Positions 10,837-23,099 of a stretch of 64,000 bases of DNA are shown here, piece by piece. Position 1 is the stretch's first letter. Every line of letters begins with the position of its first letter. Source of the DNA: Leucoraja ocellata (Eukaryota); the NCBI GenBank assembly GCA_036785375.1, contig JAWMAR010000070.1, positions 4,898,001 to 4,962,000 of the forward strand. The letters run 5' to 3'. Both the position numbers and the translations under genes were made by a program. The notes beneath the pieces are model-generated. The model was not told where the DNA came from. It saw only the letters and a program-made list of their open reading frames with translations, and did no database searches.

Positions 10837-13800
10837 AGTTCCACAGATTCATCACCCTCTGACTAAAGGTTTATTGAGCAATTCTTTGCAATAATGCATC
10901 TGCAACTTACATATCAACAGTGCCTTAAAGGTGTGTAAAAGTCTCGAGATTCTTCACAGCACCATTGTCAGGTGGAATTTGGCATCGAATCACATGCTGG
11001 TTAGATATACAGCATGGAAACAGACCCTTCGGCCCACCGAGTCCATGCTGACCATCGATCACCCGTTCACACTAGTCCCACGTTACACCACGTTTGCATG
11101 CACTCCCTACACATTGAGTGCGATGCGACAAGAGGGCCAATTAACCTACAGAGCCACACGTCTTTGGGATGTGGGAGGAAGCCGGTGCACCCAGAGGAGA
11201 CCCACGCTGTCACAGGGAGAACGTGCAAACTCCTTACTGATAGCGCCGGAGATCAGAATCGAACCGGGGTCTCTGGGGGCGGTTGCAGTTCCACCTACAG
11301 CTAACCCAACCCCACAAATATCACCCAGAACGAGCCTCACCATCTCCAGTGTAGCAGTGTTACAACACAATGTGAGCAACTCACGTCAAAATAGGTTGAG
11401 AAACAGGAAGCCACAAGGAAGTACAGATGCAGTAATATCTGATAGTCTGCTCGGGTAGATTGCAACCCAATGGTGGGAACATTGAATTTTCTAGTTTTAA
11501 GTAACTAACCCACAACAATCCTTTCCACTAACCTCCGTCCCTTTCCACATATATATATCCTTTCTTCCAGCTTCACATTTCATGTCTCTTCTCTCCATAT
11601 CTCACAGCCTTTTATCTTCTTTCCATCTCTGGCCTTCATCCACCCATCAGCCAATAACCCTCCCTCCCTCACCTGTATCCATCTACCACTTGCCAGGTAT
11701 CATCCTTCCCCCACCTCTCTCCCAGCTCTCTCCACCCTACCACAATCAGCCTGAAGAAGGGTCCCAACCCAAAACGTCACCTATCCATGTTCTCTGGAGA
11801 TGCTGCCTGGCCCATTTACTCCAGCATTACATGTCTGTTTTTGAGAAATAGGAAGTTGTGAAGTCGATAAGAAGATTTGAACACCAATGTAAATATTTTG
11901 AAACCAAGTCATTGGTTCTTCGGGTTAGGGTTGTTATGACTATGCAGGGTGGGTTATCAGGTCTGTGAGGTGTGGAGAACTATGGTCAAGTCCAAATCCA
12001 CTCACATGTCACATTGCCAGGGTGAGTGGGGCAGAGCAGGGCGTGGCACTGGCATCAGCGTTAAACTCATAGAGTCATACAGCACTGAAACAGGCCCGTC
12101 TTCCCAACTTGACCATGCTGACCAAACTGCCCACCTGCACTAGTTTAGTATAGAGGTACAGCGTGGAAACTGGCCCTTCGGCCCACCGAGTCCGCACCAA
12201 ACAGCAATCCCCACACATTAACACTATCCTACACGCACTAGGGACTATTTACACTTATTCCAAGCCAACTAACCTACAAACCTATACGTTTTTAGAGTGT
12301 GGAAGGAAACTGAAGATCCCGGAGAAAACCCAGGCGGTCACGTGGAGAACGTACAAACGCCATACAGACAGCACCCGTAGTCGGGATCAAACCCGACTGT
12401 AAGCGCTGTAAGTCAGCAGCTCTACCACTGTTCCACCATGCCGCACTAGTCCACTAGTCCCACTTGCCCCCGTTTGACCCATCTCCTCTTATATCGGTAA
12501 AGATCCAGTTTTTACCCTCAGTCCCGAGGTAGTGTCTCGGCCGGAATACAAACATACACTTTTTGCCTCCACAGATGCTGCTTGAACCGTTGAGTTTTTC
12601 AGGTGTTCTGCCTATTGTTCCAGATTCTAGTATATGCAATCTCTTTTATCTTCTCCCCTCACACAACCCTAATCCTACCTCAACAATATTATCTCACAGA
12701 AGCTGATGGGTACATGGAAGGAACATGTCCAGAGGAGCTAGTGGAGACTGGTACTGGTAACAACATTGAAAAGCATTAGGACAAGGTACGTGGATAGGAA
12801 AGGTTTGTAGGGACAGGGGTCAAATGCAGGCCTGGTTTTTACGGTGGCACAGCAGTAGAGTTGCTGCCTTACATTGTATAACAGCGCCAGATACCCGGGT
12901 TCAATCCTGGCTACAGGTGCTTGTCTGTACATAGTCTGTACTTTCTCCTAGTGACCTGCGTGGGTTTTCTCCGAGAACTTCAGTTTCCTCCCACACTCCA
13001 AAGACGTACAGGTTTGTAGGTTAATTGGGTTGGTGTAAATGTAAACATTTGTGTTGCTGTGCAGGGATCACTGGACGGTGCGGACACAGTGGGCCGGATG
13101 GTTTGTTTCCCCACTGTATCTCTAAACTAAACTAAACTAAAGAGGGACCAGCGTACATGGGACATCTTGATCAGCATTGGGCAAGCTGTTTCCCTGCTGT
13201 ATCACTCTATGATTTTATGAATCACATCCTCAAACTCAGCTTTACCCGGTCTCCGATGCTCAAGTATGTGAATTGTCTTTCAAGGAGTTTATCTGGTGAC
13301 GTGAGTTGACATCAGTTCGCATTTGACAATAGACAACAGACAATAGGTGCAGGGAGTAGGTCATTCGGACCTTCGAGCCAGCATCACCATTCAATGTGAT
13401 CATGGCTGATCATCCATAATCCCCGTTCCTGCCTTCTCCCCTTATCCCCTGACTCTGCTATCTTTAAGAGCCCTATCTAGCTCTCTCTTGAAAGTGTCCA
13501 GAGAACCGGCATCCACCGCTCTCCGAGGCAGAGAATTCCACAGACTCACAACTCACTGGGTGATAAAGTGTTTCCTCATCTCCGTTCCGTTGGTGTCTTT
13601 TTTCTCCTGGGTAATGTTTCAACAGATGAGAAGCTGAGGAAGGCTGGACAAATTAGTGACGCGCATTTTGAGGTGGGTAAACAGATCACAAGTTCACACA
13701 TTCCAGGAGTAGAATTTGGCCATTCGGCCCATCCAGTCTACTCTGCCATTCAAACACGGCTGATCTCTGCCTCCTAATCCCATACAAGTTCAGACACAGT

Positions 13801-14003
13801 GTGCCCGCATTTGGGGGAGGGGCTTGAGGGGGTGGGCAAGGGAATGTTTGCGGTGGTGGACAGAGCGCCAGTCAAGTGGGCAAATGTCACCAGGATGAAG
13901 CAGAGCTTCGAGGAGATGCTCCAATCCAGGCAACTGGAGAGTGTTGTAACCCACTCCTGATAGGGGCATTGTCCGTGGTGAGGAGGCTGGGGGAGGTGAC
14001 AAG

Positions 14004-14092
14004 TGAGTCACCAGGTTAGTCTTGAACCACTGCAAAGTCGTTTCCTGTGTAAACGGAAATTGACTGTTTGACTTCAGTTGTGAATGAGGAAG
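14004..14092 (+). promoter_or_regulatory. Candidate proximal promoter of gene B (AP-1 and ETS/PU.1-like sites)
   Basis: TGAGTCA 14004-14010, TTTCCTG 14041-14047, CGGAAAT 14054-14060 and GAGGAAG 14086-14092, all within about 140 nt upstream of the ATG. Confidence 0.45.
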
Positions 14093-14144
14093 AGGACAAC
14101 TCAAACGCAGTGCAGGGACCAAACCGATCCAACGTAGTCGAGAC

Positions 14145-14241
14145 ATGGCGGTGGGACAGGGAGAATTCACCCACCAGAGATGGCCCAGATCCAGGGGAAC
14201 AGTCGCTCTGTTGGTTCTTGTCGCTGTTGTTCTCACATCAG
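14145..14241 (+). CDS. Gene B (inhibitory receptor): leader/signal-peptide exon
   Basis: gacATGG start; MAVGQGEFTHQRWPRSRGTVALLVLVAVVLTS-G with a hydrophobic core; G|gtaaat donor, phase 1, matching the Ig exons. Confidence 0.8.
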
Positions 14242-16786
14242 GTAAATCGTTGTTTTACAAAATGCTCTGTTCTTTAGAATTATTTACCAACGCCTTGAAT
14301 TATTTGTAACCACAGACCTCTCTGTACTGTGTGGGGAGCTGATGATAAATTGCTCAACACTCGTTAGTTCCTGTAGAGACTTCCATCAGCGGTTGTTGTC
14401 GTGTTGTGTGCAGCCAAGTCGCACACAGCTAGCTCCCTGTGGAGAAGGGAGATAACTATCTACAGCTTGCCTTGCCTTGTGGACCTCATTGAAACTTACT
14501 GAATAGTGAAAGGCCTGGATAGAGTGGATGGGGTGAGGATGTTTACACTAGTGGGAGACTCTAGGACCAGATGTCGCAGCTTCAGAATTAAAGGGCGTTG
14601 CTTTAGGAAGGAGATGAGGAGAAATTTCTTGAGACAGAAACTGTGGAATTCATTGCCACAGATTGTGGAGGCCATCAATAGGTATTTCTAAGGCCGAGAT
14701 GGATAGATTCTTGATCAGTACTGGTGTCAGGAGTCCTGGGGAAAAGGCAGGAGGATTTAGTTGAGAGGGAAAGATAGATCAGCCATAATTGAATGGAGGA
14801 GAGTAGACTTGACGGGCTAAATGGCCTAATTCTGCTCCTAGTACTAATGAACTTATGATCTGTTCTTCAGAATTATTTGCCAGCAGCTTGAATTATTTTG
14901 AGCCACAGATTAGACTACTGGGCTACGAACTGCTAAAGATAAAATGCTTGCAGACATTTTCTTCCCTGCACTAATGACTGTTGTGATGCTGTGTGCTCAG
15001 TGACTTGACAGCAGATCAGCTAAACGCTTTACCCCTTGCATATCTCTTGACTTCCTCCCTCCCTGACTGTGGGTCTGAAGAAAGGTCTCGACCCGAAACG
15101 TCAGCCATTCCTTCTATCCAGAGATGCCCCCTGATCCGCTGCGTTACTGCAGCATTTAGTGTCTATCAAAGACACACGGCACTCCCTCCACGCACTGTAA
15201 TGGGAAATGTTGAACCTAAACCTTAGCACATTCAAAGAAAAAACCTGTGAAAGCCAGCCATTGGGAACAGGCGGGCATCTCAAATGAGGAAGCACCAGAG
15301 TGACTGTCCAATTTAGCATTTGGAGAAGTTGTGGTAATCTCTCCCTTCTGAGAAAAACCAGCTGCCTTACAACAGACTCTGCTGCTCGAGCTATTCTACA
15401 CACTGTGCTTTCCCCAGCCTCTGAGTTCTCCTTCAAGGCATTTGTCTTGTGGCTTGTGAGCCGACCTGGACTGATGTGATGATGTGTCTCCACCCCAGCT
15501 CCTGAATCTGCAGAGTTTCACATGTGTTAGAGTCATAGAGTGATACAGCCTGGAAACAGGCCCTTCGGCCCTTCTTGCCCACACCGGCCAACATGTCTCA
15601 GCAACACTAGTCCCACCTGTCCATGTTTGGTCCAAGTCCCTTCAAACCTGTCCTATCCATGTATCCAGAGGGCCCCACCCTCTCCGGAGACTAAGAAAAG
15701 CAGGTCTCCCTACTGTTCACCTAAGGTCCTACAGGGGCACCATCGAGAGTATACTGACCCACGGCATCACTTCCTGGTTTGGGAGCTGCAGGGCTTATGA
15801 ACAAAAGCAACTTAACAGGATAGTGAAGACAGCCAGTAGGATCATTGGTGCTCCACTCCCTTTCCTGTTGGAGATCTATCAGAAGCGTAACATCAGCAGA
15901 GCCATCTCCATTATTAAGGACCCCCATCATCCATCACACCACATCTCCCTCACTCCCAAATGGGTCCCGCGAGTAAGGGGGCCCCGCGCCAGTGTAATCT
16001 ACTCTCGGCTCAGGTAGATCTACCCCGGGTGGAGAGAGAGTAGAGGGGTGGAGGGGGAAGAAGGGGATAGACGGGGAGCGGGGTGTGAGGGGGAATGGAG
16101 AAGGGGGAGAGGGGGAGGTGGGTCGTTCGCTCACGGCAGCGCTCCTGCCCCTCCAGTCGCCGTGCTTCACACACACAGCCCCGGCTCCACCCCTCTCTCT
16201 CCCCGGGGAGAGGCAGTGAACAATACACAGAGGGCTGGGCCGGGGGTTGGGGCATCGTATACAAACATCGACCTCAGCTCACACCCGTCTGCCCGGACCC
16301 CGGCATCCCTCTCCCTCCCTTCTCTCCTTCCCTCCCTCCTTCCGCTCTTTTCCTTTCTCTCATTCGCTCCATAGCGTCTTTCTCTACTTCCCTCCCTCCC
16401 TCCCACACACACACACACGATGCACAGACAACTAACACACACAACTAAGTTAAGATGGGGTAGAAAGAAACCTTTTCACCCAGAGAGTTGTGAATCTGTA
16501 GAATTCTCTACCACAGAGGGCAGTGGAGGCCAATTCACTGGATGTATTCAAGAGAGAGTTAGATTTAGCTCTTAGGGCTAATGGAATCATGGGAGCAAGC
16601 AGAACTGGGCAGTGCCGGCTCGAAGGGCCGAATCGTCTCCTCCTGCGCCTATTTTCTATGTTTATATGTTTCTATGAATCATCATCTATCCACTTTCTCC
16701 AGAGATAGTTCCTGTCCAGTTTAAGGTTGTGACCTCAATAAGGGGTAGGCCATTGAGGACTCAGATGAGGAAATATCTTTTCACCC

Positions 16787-17340
16787 ATATAACCATATAA
16801 CCATATAACAATTACAGCACGGAAACAGGCCATCTCGGCCCTACAAGTCCATGCCGAACAATTTTTTTTCCCCTTAGTCCCACCTGCCTGCACTCGTACC
16901 ATAACCCTCCATTCCCTTCTCATCCATATGCCTATCCAATTTATTTTTAAATGATACCAATGAACCTGCCTCCACCACTTCCACTGGGAGCTCATTCCAC
17001 ACCACCACCACTCTCTGCGTAAAGAAGTTCCCCCTCATATTACCCCTAAACTTCTGTCCCTTAATTCTGAAGTCATGTCCTCTTGTTTGAATCTTCCCTA
17101 TTCTCAAAGGGAAAAGCTTGTCCACATCAACTCTGTCTATCCCTCTCATCATTTTAAAGACCTCTATCAGGTCCCCCCTTAACCTTCTGCGCTCCAGAGA
17201 ATAAAGACCTAACTTATTCAACCTATCTCTGTAACTTAGTTGTTGAAACCCAGGCAACTTTCTAGTAAATCTCCTCTGTACTCTCTCTATTTTGTTGACA
17301 TCCTTCCAATAATTTGGCGACCAAAATTGTACCCCAAAAT
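16787..17340 (-). mobile_element. CR1-clade LINE 3' fragment
   Basis: VQFWSP...LERRRLRGDLIEVFK...FFTQRVV; (ccatataa)n tail. Confidence 0.85.
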
Positions 17341-18070
17341 TGTACACCCAGAGAGTTCCTCTTTCTCCAGAAATAGTTCCTGTCCCGTTGTGTTACTCCG
17401 GCACTTTGTGTCCTTTTGTACATTAACCAGCATCTGCAGTTCCTTGTTTCTACTAGTTCAATGGGGAAGTGGGTTGTAGTGAGATTGAACACAGGGTGGG
17501 TCAGAGTGAGTGACAGGTTGGCTTCCTGTCACATGACCACCACTCAGGTCAAGCCACGCCCACAGGGAAGGAGGATCTGGGCGCCAGGTAGATTCAGGAG
17601 CAGTGTTCAAGAAGGAACTGCAGATGCTGGAAGATAGATATCGCAGTGGAGTAGACAAAGTGTTCAAGAAGGAACTCAGTTCTGCTTTCACTGGAACTTG
17701 GGGAAAAATCCCGGTGAAATGGGAATTAACACCAGCGGGAAAAGCATTAAAGTGCAACAGGATCTATGCAGAAGAAGAGACACAAAATGCTGGAGTAACT
17801 CAGCGGGACGGGCAGCATCTCTGGAGAGAAGGAAATGGGCGAGGAAACATCACCCGTCGGTTTCTCCAGAGATGCTGCCTGTCCCGCTGAGTTACTCCGG
17901 CTCTTTGTGTCTATCTTTGGTGTAAACCAGCACCTGCAGTTCCTTGCTACACATGATCTATGCAAAACCATGAACCTGTCTGAACAGCACAAATGACATG
18001 TTTTTTATTGTTAAACCACAGCTTGTGTTGCTGCAGTGTGTGTGATCTTTCATCATTAATGTGCCCACAG

Positions 18071-18394
18071 GGTCAAGGGGAAAAACTGAAGTCGAGGAGG
18101 TCTGGGGACAGTTGGGGCAGCGGGTCAAAGTGGAATGTCAGTATGATCGGAAATACAAAGACAACGACAAGCTATGGAGTAAAGGTGATTATTACCAGAA
18201 ATCTTCTATCGTGGTTTCTACTGATGACCCACAACAAGGGAGAACATCGATGACTGATGACAAATCACAACGGATAGTTTCAATCACCATCGACAACCTG
18301 GAGGAGAGTGATGAAGGATACTACTGGTGTGTGATAGTAAAGGGAAACGATTCGCCCATTGAATTGGCCTCCATCTCATTGACGGTTTCTGAAG
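18071..18394 (+). CDS. Gene B: IgV exon D1
   Basis: ccacag acceptor, GAAG|gtaagt donor, 324 nt, phase 1-1. Encodes GQRVKVECQY...KLWSKG...DEGYYWC...LTVSE. Confidence 0.9.
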
Positions 18395-19201
18395 GTAAGT
18401 TGCCGATCTCTCCTCACTCTCCCAGATGTGAAAATTCCAGCCTGTGAATTCCCGGCCTCGGTCCTGACGGTGACTCGGTGCCACATGCCCGGGGGTCGGG
18501 GTAAGGGGGTGGGGTGGATAACTCACTTACTGGGGTCCCGGCCCGTGGGGCCACACCAAGAGCTCACTGTCGCTGGAGCAATATGGGGGGGGGGGGGGCT
18601 GTCAGACACCAGCCCCACGGAAGGTCCCATCTACCGGCGGTTCTGTTGCTGACGGCTCATTTCCACGAAGACGATCGCTCCGGGACCAGAACCTCTGCCG
18701 CCCCCTCACTGGGGCAGGTGGTGGGAAACCCGGGTGGAGATAGGAGTCAATGGGGGAGGGGGCAGGTTAGTAGAAGATACTTAAAATTAGAGAACCAACG
18801 TTCAAACCGTTGGGTTGTAAACTACCTGAGCCCAATATGAGGTGCGGTTCCTCCAATTTGCATGTGGCCTCACTCTGGCAATGGAGGAGGCCCAGGACAG
18901 AAAGGTCAGTGTGGGAATGGGAAGGGACATGGACAGGGTTGGCAACCGGGAGATCAAGAATGGTCCCGACCCGAAAAGGACACCTATCCATTTTCTCCAG
19001 AGATTCTGTCTGATCCGCGGAGTTACTCCAGCACTTTGTGTCTATCTTTGGTGTAAACCAGCACCTGCAGTTCCTTGCTACACATGATCTATGCGAAACC
19101 ATGAACCTGTCTGAACAGCACAAATGACATGTTTTTTATTGTTAAATCACAGCTAGTGTTACTGCAGTGTGAGTGATCTTTCATCATTAATGTGCCCACA
19201 G

Positions 19202-19527
19202 GGTCAAGGGGAATAACTGGACCCAAGGAGGTGAGGGAGAGTTGGGGCAGTCGGTCACTGTGGAATGTTGGTATGATCAGAAATACAAAGACAACGACAA
19301 GCGATGGAGTAAAGGTGATTATTACCAGAAATCTTCTACCGTGGTTTCTACTGATCACCCACGACTAGGGAGAACATCGATGACTGATGACAAAAAACAA
19401 CGGATAGTTTCAGTCACCATCAACAACCTGGAGGAGAGTGATGAAGGACTCTACTGGTGTGTGCTGATTGTAAAGGGAAATCATTCGCCCATTGAATCTG
19501 CCTCCATCTCATTGACGGTTTCTGAAG
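19202..19527 (+). pseudogene. Gene B: IgV exon D2 with a 1-nt frameshift (pseudo-exon or assembly error)
   Basis: Splice sites intact, length 326 nt. Reads gtgagggagag where paralogs read gtgaggggagag (one G missing near 19235). The spliced frame reaches TAG near 19366; the Ig frame is open from 19242. Confidence 0.75.
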
Positions 19528-20334
19528 GTAAGTTGATGATCTCTCCTCACTCTCCCATATGTGAAAATTCCAGCCTGTGAATTCCCGGCCTCGGTCCTGA
19601 CGGTGACTCGGTGCCACATCCCCGGGGGTCGCGGTAAGGGGGTTGGGTGGATAACTCACTTACTGGGGTCCCGGCCGTGGGGCCACATCAAGAGCTCACT
19701 GTCCCAGAGCAGTATGGGGGGGGGGGGGGGGGGACTGTCAGACACCAGCCCACGGAAGGTCCCATCTACCTGCGGTTCTGTTGCTGACGGCTCATTTCCA
19801 CGAAGACGATCGCTCCGGGACCAGAACCTCTGCCGCCCCCTCACTGGGGCAGGTGGTGGGAAACCCGGGTGGAGATAGGAGTCAATGGGGGAGGGGGCAG
19901 GTTAGTAGAAGATACTTAAAATTAGAGAACCAACGTTCAAACCGTTGGGTTGTAAACTACCTGAGCCCAATATGAGGTGCGGTTCCTCCAATTTGCATGT
20001 GGCCTCACTCTGGCAATGGAGGAGGCCCAGGACAGAAAGGTCAGTGTGGGAATGGGAAGGGACATGGACAGGGTTGGCAACCGGGAGATCAAGATGGTCC
20101 GACCCGAAAAGGACACCTATCCATTTTCTCCAGAGATTCTGCCTGATCCGCCGAGTTACTCCAGCTCTTTGTGTCTATCTTTGGTGTAAACCAGCACCTG
20201 CATTCCTTGCTACACATGATCTATGCAAAACCATGAACCTGTCTGAACAGCACAAATGACATGTTTTTTTATTGTTAAACCACAGCTTGTGTTGCTGCAG
20301 TGTGAGTGATCTTTCATCATTAATGTGTCCACAG

Positions 20335-20658
20335 GGTCAAGGGGAATAACTGGACCCGAGGAGGTGAGGGGAGAGTTGGGGCAGTCGGTCACAGTGGAAT
20401 GTCCGTATGGTCGGGAATACAGTGACAACGACAAGCGATGGAGTAAAGGTTATTATTACCGGTTTTCTTTTACCGTGGTTTCTACTGATGACCCACAATA
20501 TAGGAGAACATCGATGAGTGATGACAAAACACAACGGATAGTTTCAGTCACCATCAACAACCTGGAGAAGAGTGATGAAGGACTCTACTGGTGTGTGATT
20601 GTAAAGGGAATATTTTCAAGCAATGAAAGGACCTCCATCTCATTGACGGTTTCTGAAG
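20335..20658 (+). CDS. Gene B: IgV exon D3
   Basis: ccacag acceptor, GAAG|gtacgt donor, 324 nt; closest paralog of the gene A exon 363-686. Confidence 0.9.
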
Positions 20659-20769
20659 GTACGTTGACGATCTCTCCTCACTCTCCCAGATGTGAAAATT
20701 CCACCCTGGGAATTCCCGGCCTCGGTCCTGACGGTGACTCGGTGCCTCATCCCCGGCGGTCGTGGGGGT

Positions 20770-20805
<36 letters not shown>

Positions 20806-21814
20806 GAGATCTGCCCCCTCACCATCTCCCCCTGCCCGTCACTGTCACACCCACCACGCACACAACATCTGAAGAAGGGACCCAACCTTAAACATTGTCA
20901 GTTCATTCCTTCCACAGATGCTGCCTGACCTGCTGAGTTACTCCAGCACTTTGTGTTTTGCTCAAGATTCCAGCACCTGCAATTCCTTGTGTCTCACAAA
21001 CTTTGGTGATTCATGAGCTCAGTTTATAGTTGTCGTCTGTACTGAGGTACAGGGAAAAGCTTTTACCATGTTTCCAATGAGGGCCAAGTCATTGGGTATT
21101 TTCAGGTGGAGATTGACAGGTTCTCAATTAGTACGGGTGTCAAGTGATATGGGGAGAAGGCAGGAGAATGGAGTTGAGAGGGAGAGATAGATCAGGCGTG
21201 ATTGAAAGGTGGAGTAGACTCAATGGGCCAAATGGCCCCAATCTGCCCCTATCACTTATGAACTAATGAACTAAGAATCCTCATGAGATGAGTGATATAG
21301 ACTTTACACTGAGTCACACAAACTGTACAAGATGAGATACTCAACGGGTCGGGCAGCTTCTGTGGAGAGAGAACGAGAGTTAATGTTTCAGGTAGATACC
21401 TCCAACCAAATTGCATTATTTCCAATTCAGTCCGCGTGATGAAAATAGTCCATGGATCCTCCCGCTCCCAAGTTCTTCTCCAATGTAGAAGACATGTGCC
21501 TAACTCTAGCCGCAGGCAGATAACACAACCTGTGGGACTCTGAAGGGCATGAAAGAAGTCTCTGAATACTTGCGACCATCTGGTGGCATCTTAATGGGTG
21601 AGTCTCATGTCTAGATCAAGAGGCTTGGTCCAACTATGGTGGCCTCAGAAGGATCTTTGCCCAAATGTCTGGATTGGGATTTGAACCCAGGAATCTCCCC
21701 ACACAGAGCAAGAGCGCTCCCGACTGAAGCATCTCCCACACATCACTAAAGTGGCACAGAACGTGCTTTCAGACATTTAATGTTCAAAAACGTCATTCAC
21801 TTTATCTCCACAAG

Positions 21815-21968
21815 GATCTCAAACAAGCCGCCCAGACATGGTCAGCACCACCTCTACAACAATAAGCACAAAGGCTTCCACCACAACTCTGACCACCATG
21901 CCTCAAGGTACACCAACCACCAAGGCAGCAAGTTCTACTGAGGCTTCTAGTTCAACACCTCCAAACAG
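21815..21968 (+). CDS. Gene B: mucin-like stalk exon
   Basis: Phase 1 in, 2 out. Encodes GSQTSRPDMVSTTSTTISTKASTTTLTTMPQGTPTTKAASSTEASSSTPPNR. Confidence 0.87.
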
Positions 21969-22561
21969 GTTAGTAACTCGAAGAGTCAACTCAGCCTCAC
22001 CTGGGAACAAATTAGTTAAGTTCAGTTCAGCTCAGTTTAAAGATACAGCGTGGAAATGGGCCCTTTGGCCCACCGAGTCCGCTCTGACCAGCGATCACCC
22101 CATACACCAGTTCTGTTCTACACACTAGGGACAATTTACAGAAGTCAATTAACCTACAAACCCGCACGTCTTTGGAATGTGGGAGGAAACCGGAGAACCT
22201 GGAAAAAACTTGCGATCACAGGGAGAACGTACAAACTCTGTACAGACAGCACTGGTAGTCAGGACCGAACCCGGGGCTCCTGCGCTGTGAGGCGCTGCGC
22301 CACCGTGCCGTCCCTAAATGGTCAGCATGGTCTCAATGGGCCAAAGGGCCTGCTCCCATGTCATATCTCTAAACTCTAAACTACTTTCTAGTTCATTAAA
22401 TACCAATAGAATTATTCATAATGTTCTAGAATTTAACCTGCACTGCATTCAAGTCTAGATCCACATTTTTACTTTCCGGATCGAAACGCATGGTTCGTTA
22501 CTGGGGAGGGAATCAGTCCTATTACCATGAGCTCGTCATTGTTTTTCCTTGTATTTTGCAG

Positions 22562-22671
22562 GGGCACATTTCAATGGCAGCTTGTTCTATCGATCGCCTT
22601 GACAATTGTCTTTCTTCTGTTCATCGCTGGCATTATCCTATGTGTAAAAATGAGGCAGAGAAAGAAAACTG
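22562..22671 (+). CDS. Gene B: transmembrane exon (uncharged TM)
   Basis: ttttgcag acceptor, G|gtaagt donor; phase 2 in, 1 out. Encodes RGTFQWQLVLSIALTIVFLLFIAGIILCVKMRQRKKT with a basic stop-transfer cluster. Confidence 0.88.
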
Positions 22672-23099
22672 GTAAGTTGCGATGAATGTACATAAATATC
22701 AAGGGGCCACTCTTGTTGATTAACAACGATTTGGCCCTTCTCTCTGAGGTGCCTTTCACAAATTCAGACCATTCACCTACCGTGTAACAGCAGGGAAAGG
22801 CACCAAGTGCTGGAGTAACTCAGCGGGTCAGGCAGCATCTCTGGAGGACATGGACAGGTGACATTTCAAGGCGGCACAGTGGCAAAGCGGGAGAGTTGCT
22901 GCCTTACAACACCTGAAACACGGGTTCGATCCTGACTATGGGTGCTGTCTGTATGGAGTTTGTATGTTCTCCCTGTGAGCGCGTGGGTTTACACCAGAGA
23001 GACAGGACCTTTGGCCCAACTCGTCCTTACTGGCGCCCAAGGTGCTTTACTACGCTAGTCCCACTTACCTGTGCTGCTCATGCATTGGGCCAACCAAAT

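Larger units (their letters stand above)
17875..20770 (+). repeat. Tandem array of about 1.13-kb Ig-exon cassettes
   Basis: Exon starts at 18071, 19202 and 20335 (spacing 1131 and 1133) with near-identical intronic sequence. Confidence 0.9.

Noticed and set aside
11289-11371. Orphan stalk-like exon (VPPTANPTPQISPRTSLT)
   Set aside because: The acceptor lacks a polypyrimidine tract and abuts a SINE, the exit phase differs from the real stalk exons, and there is no adjacent Ig or TM exon.
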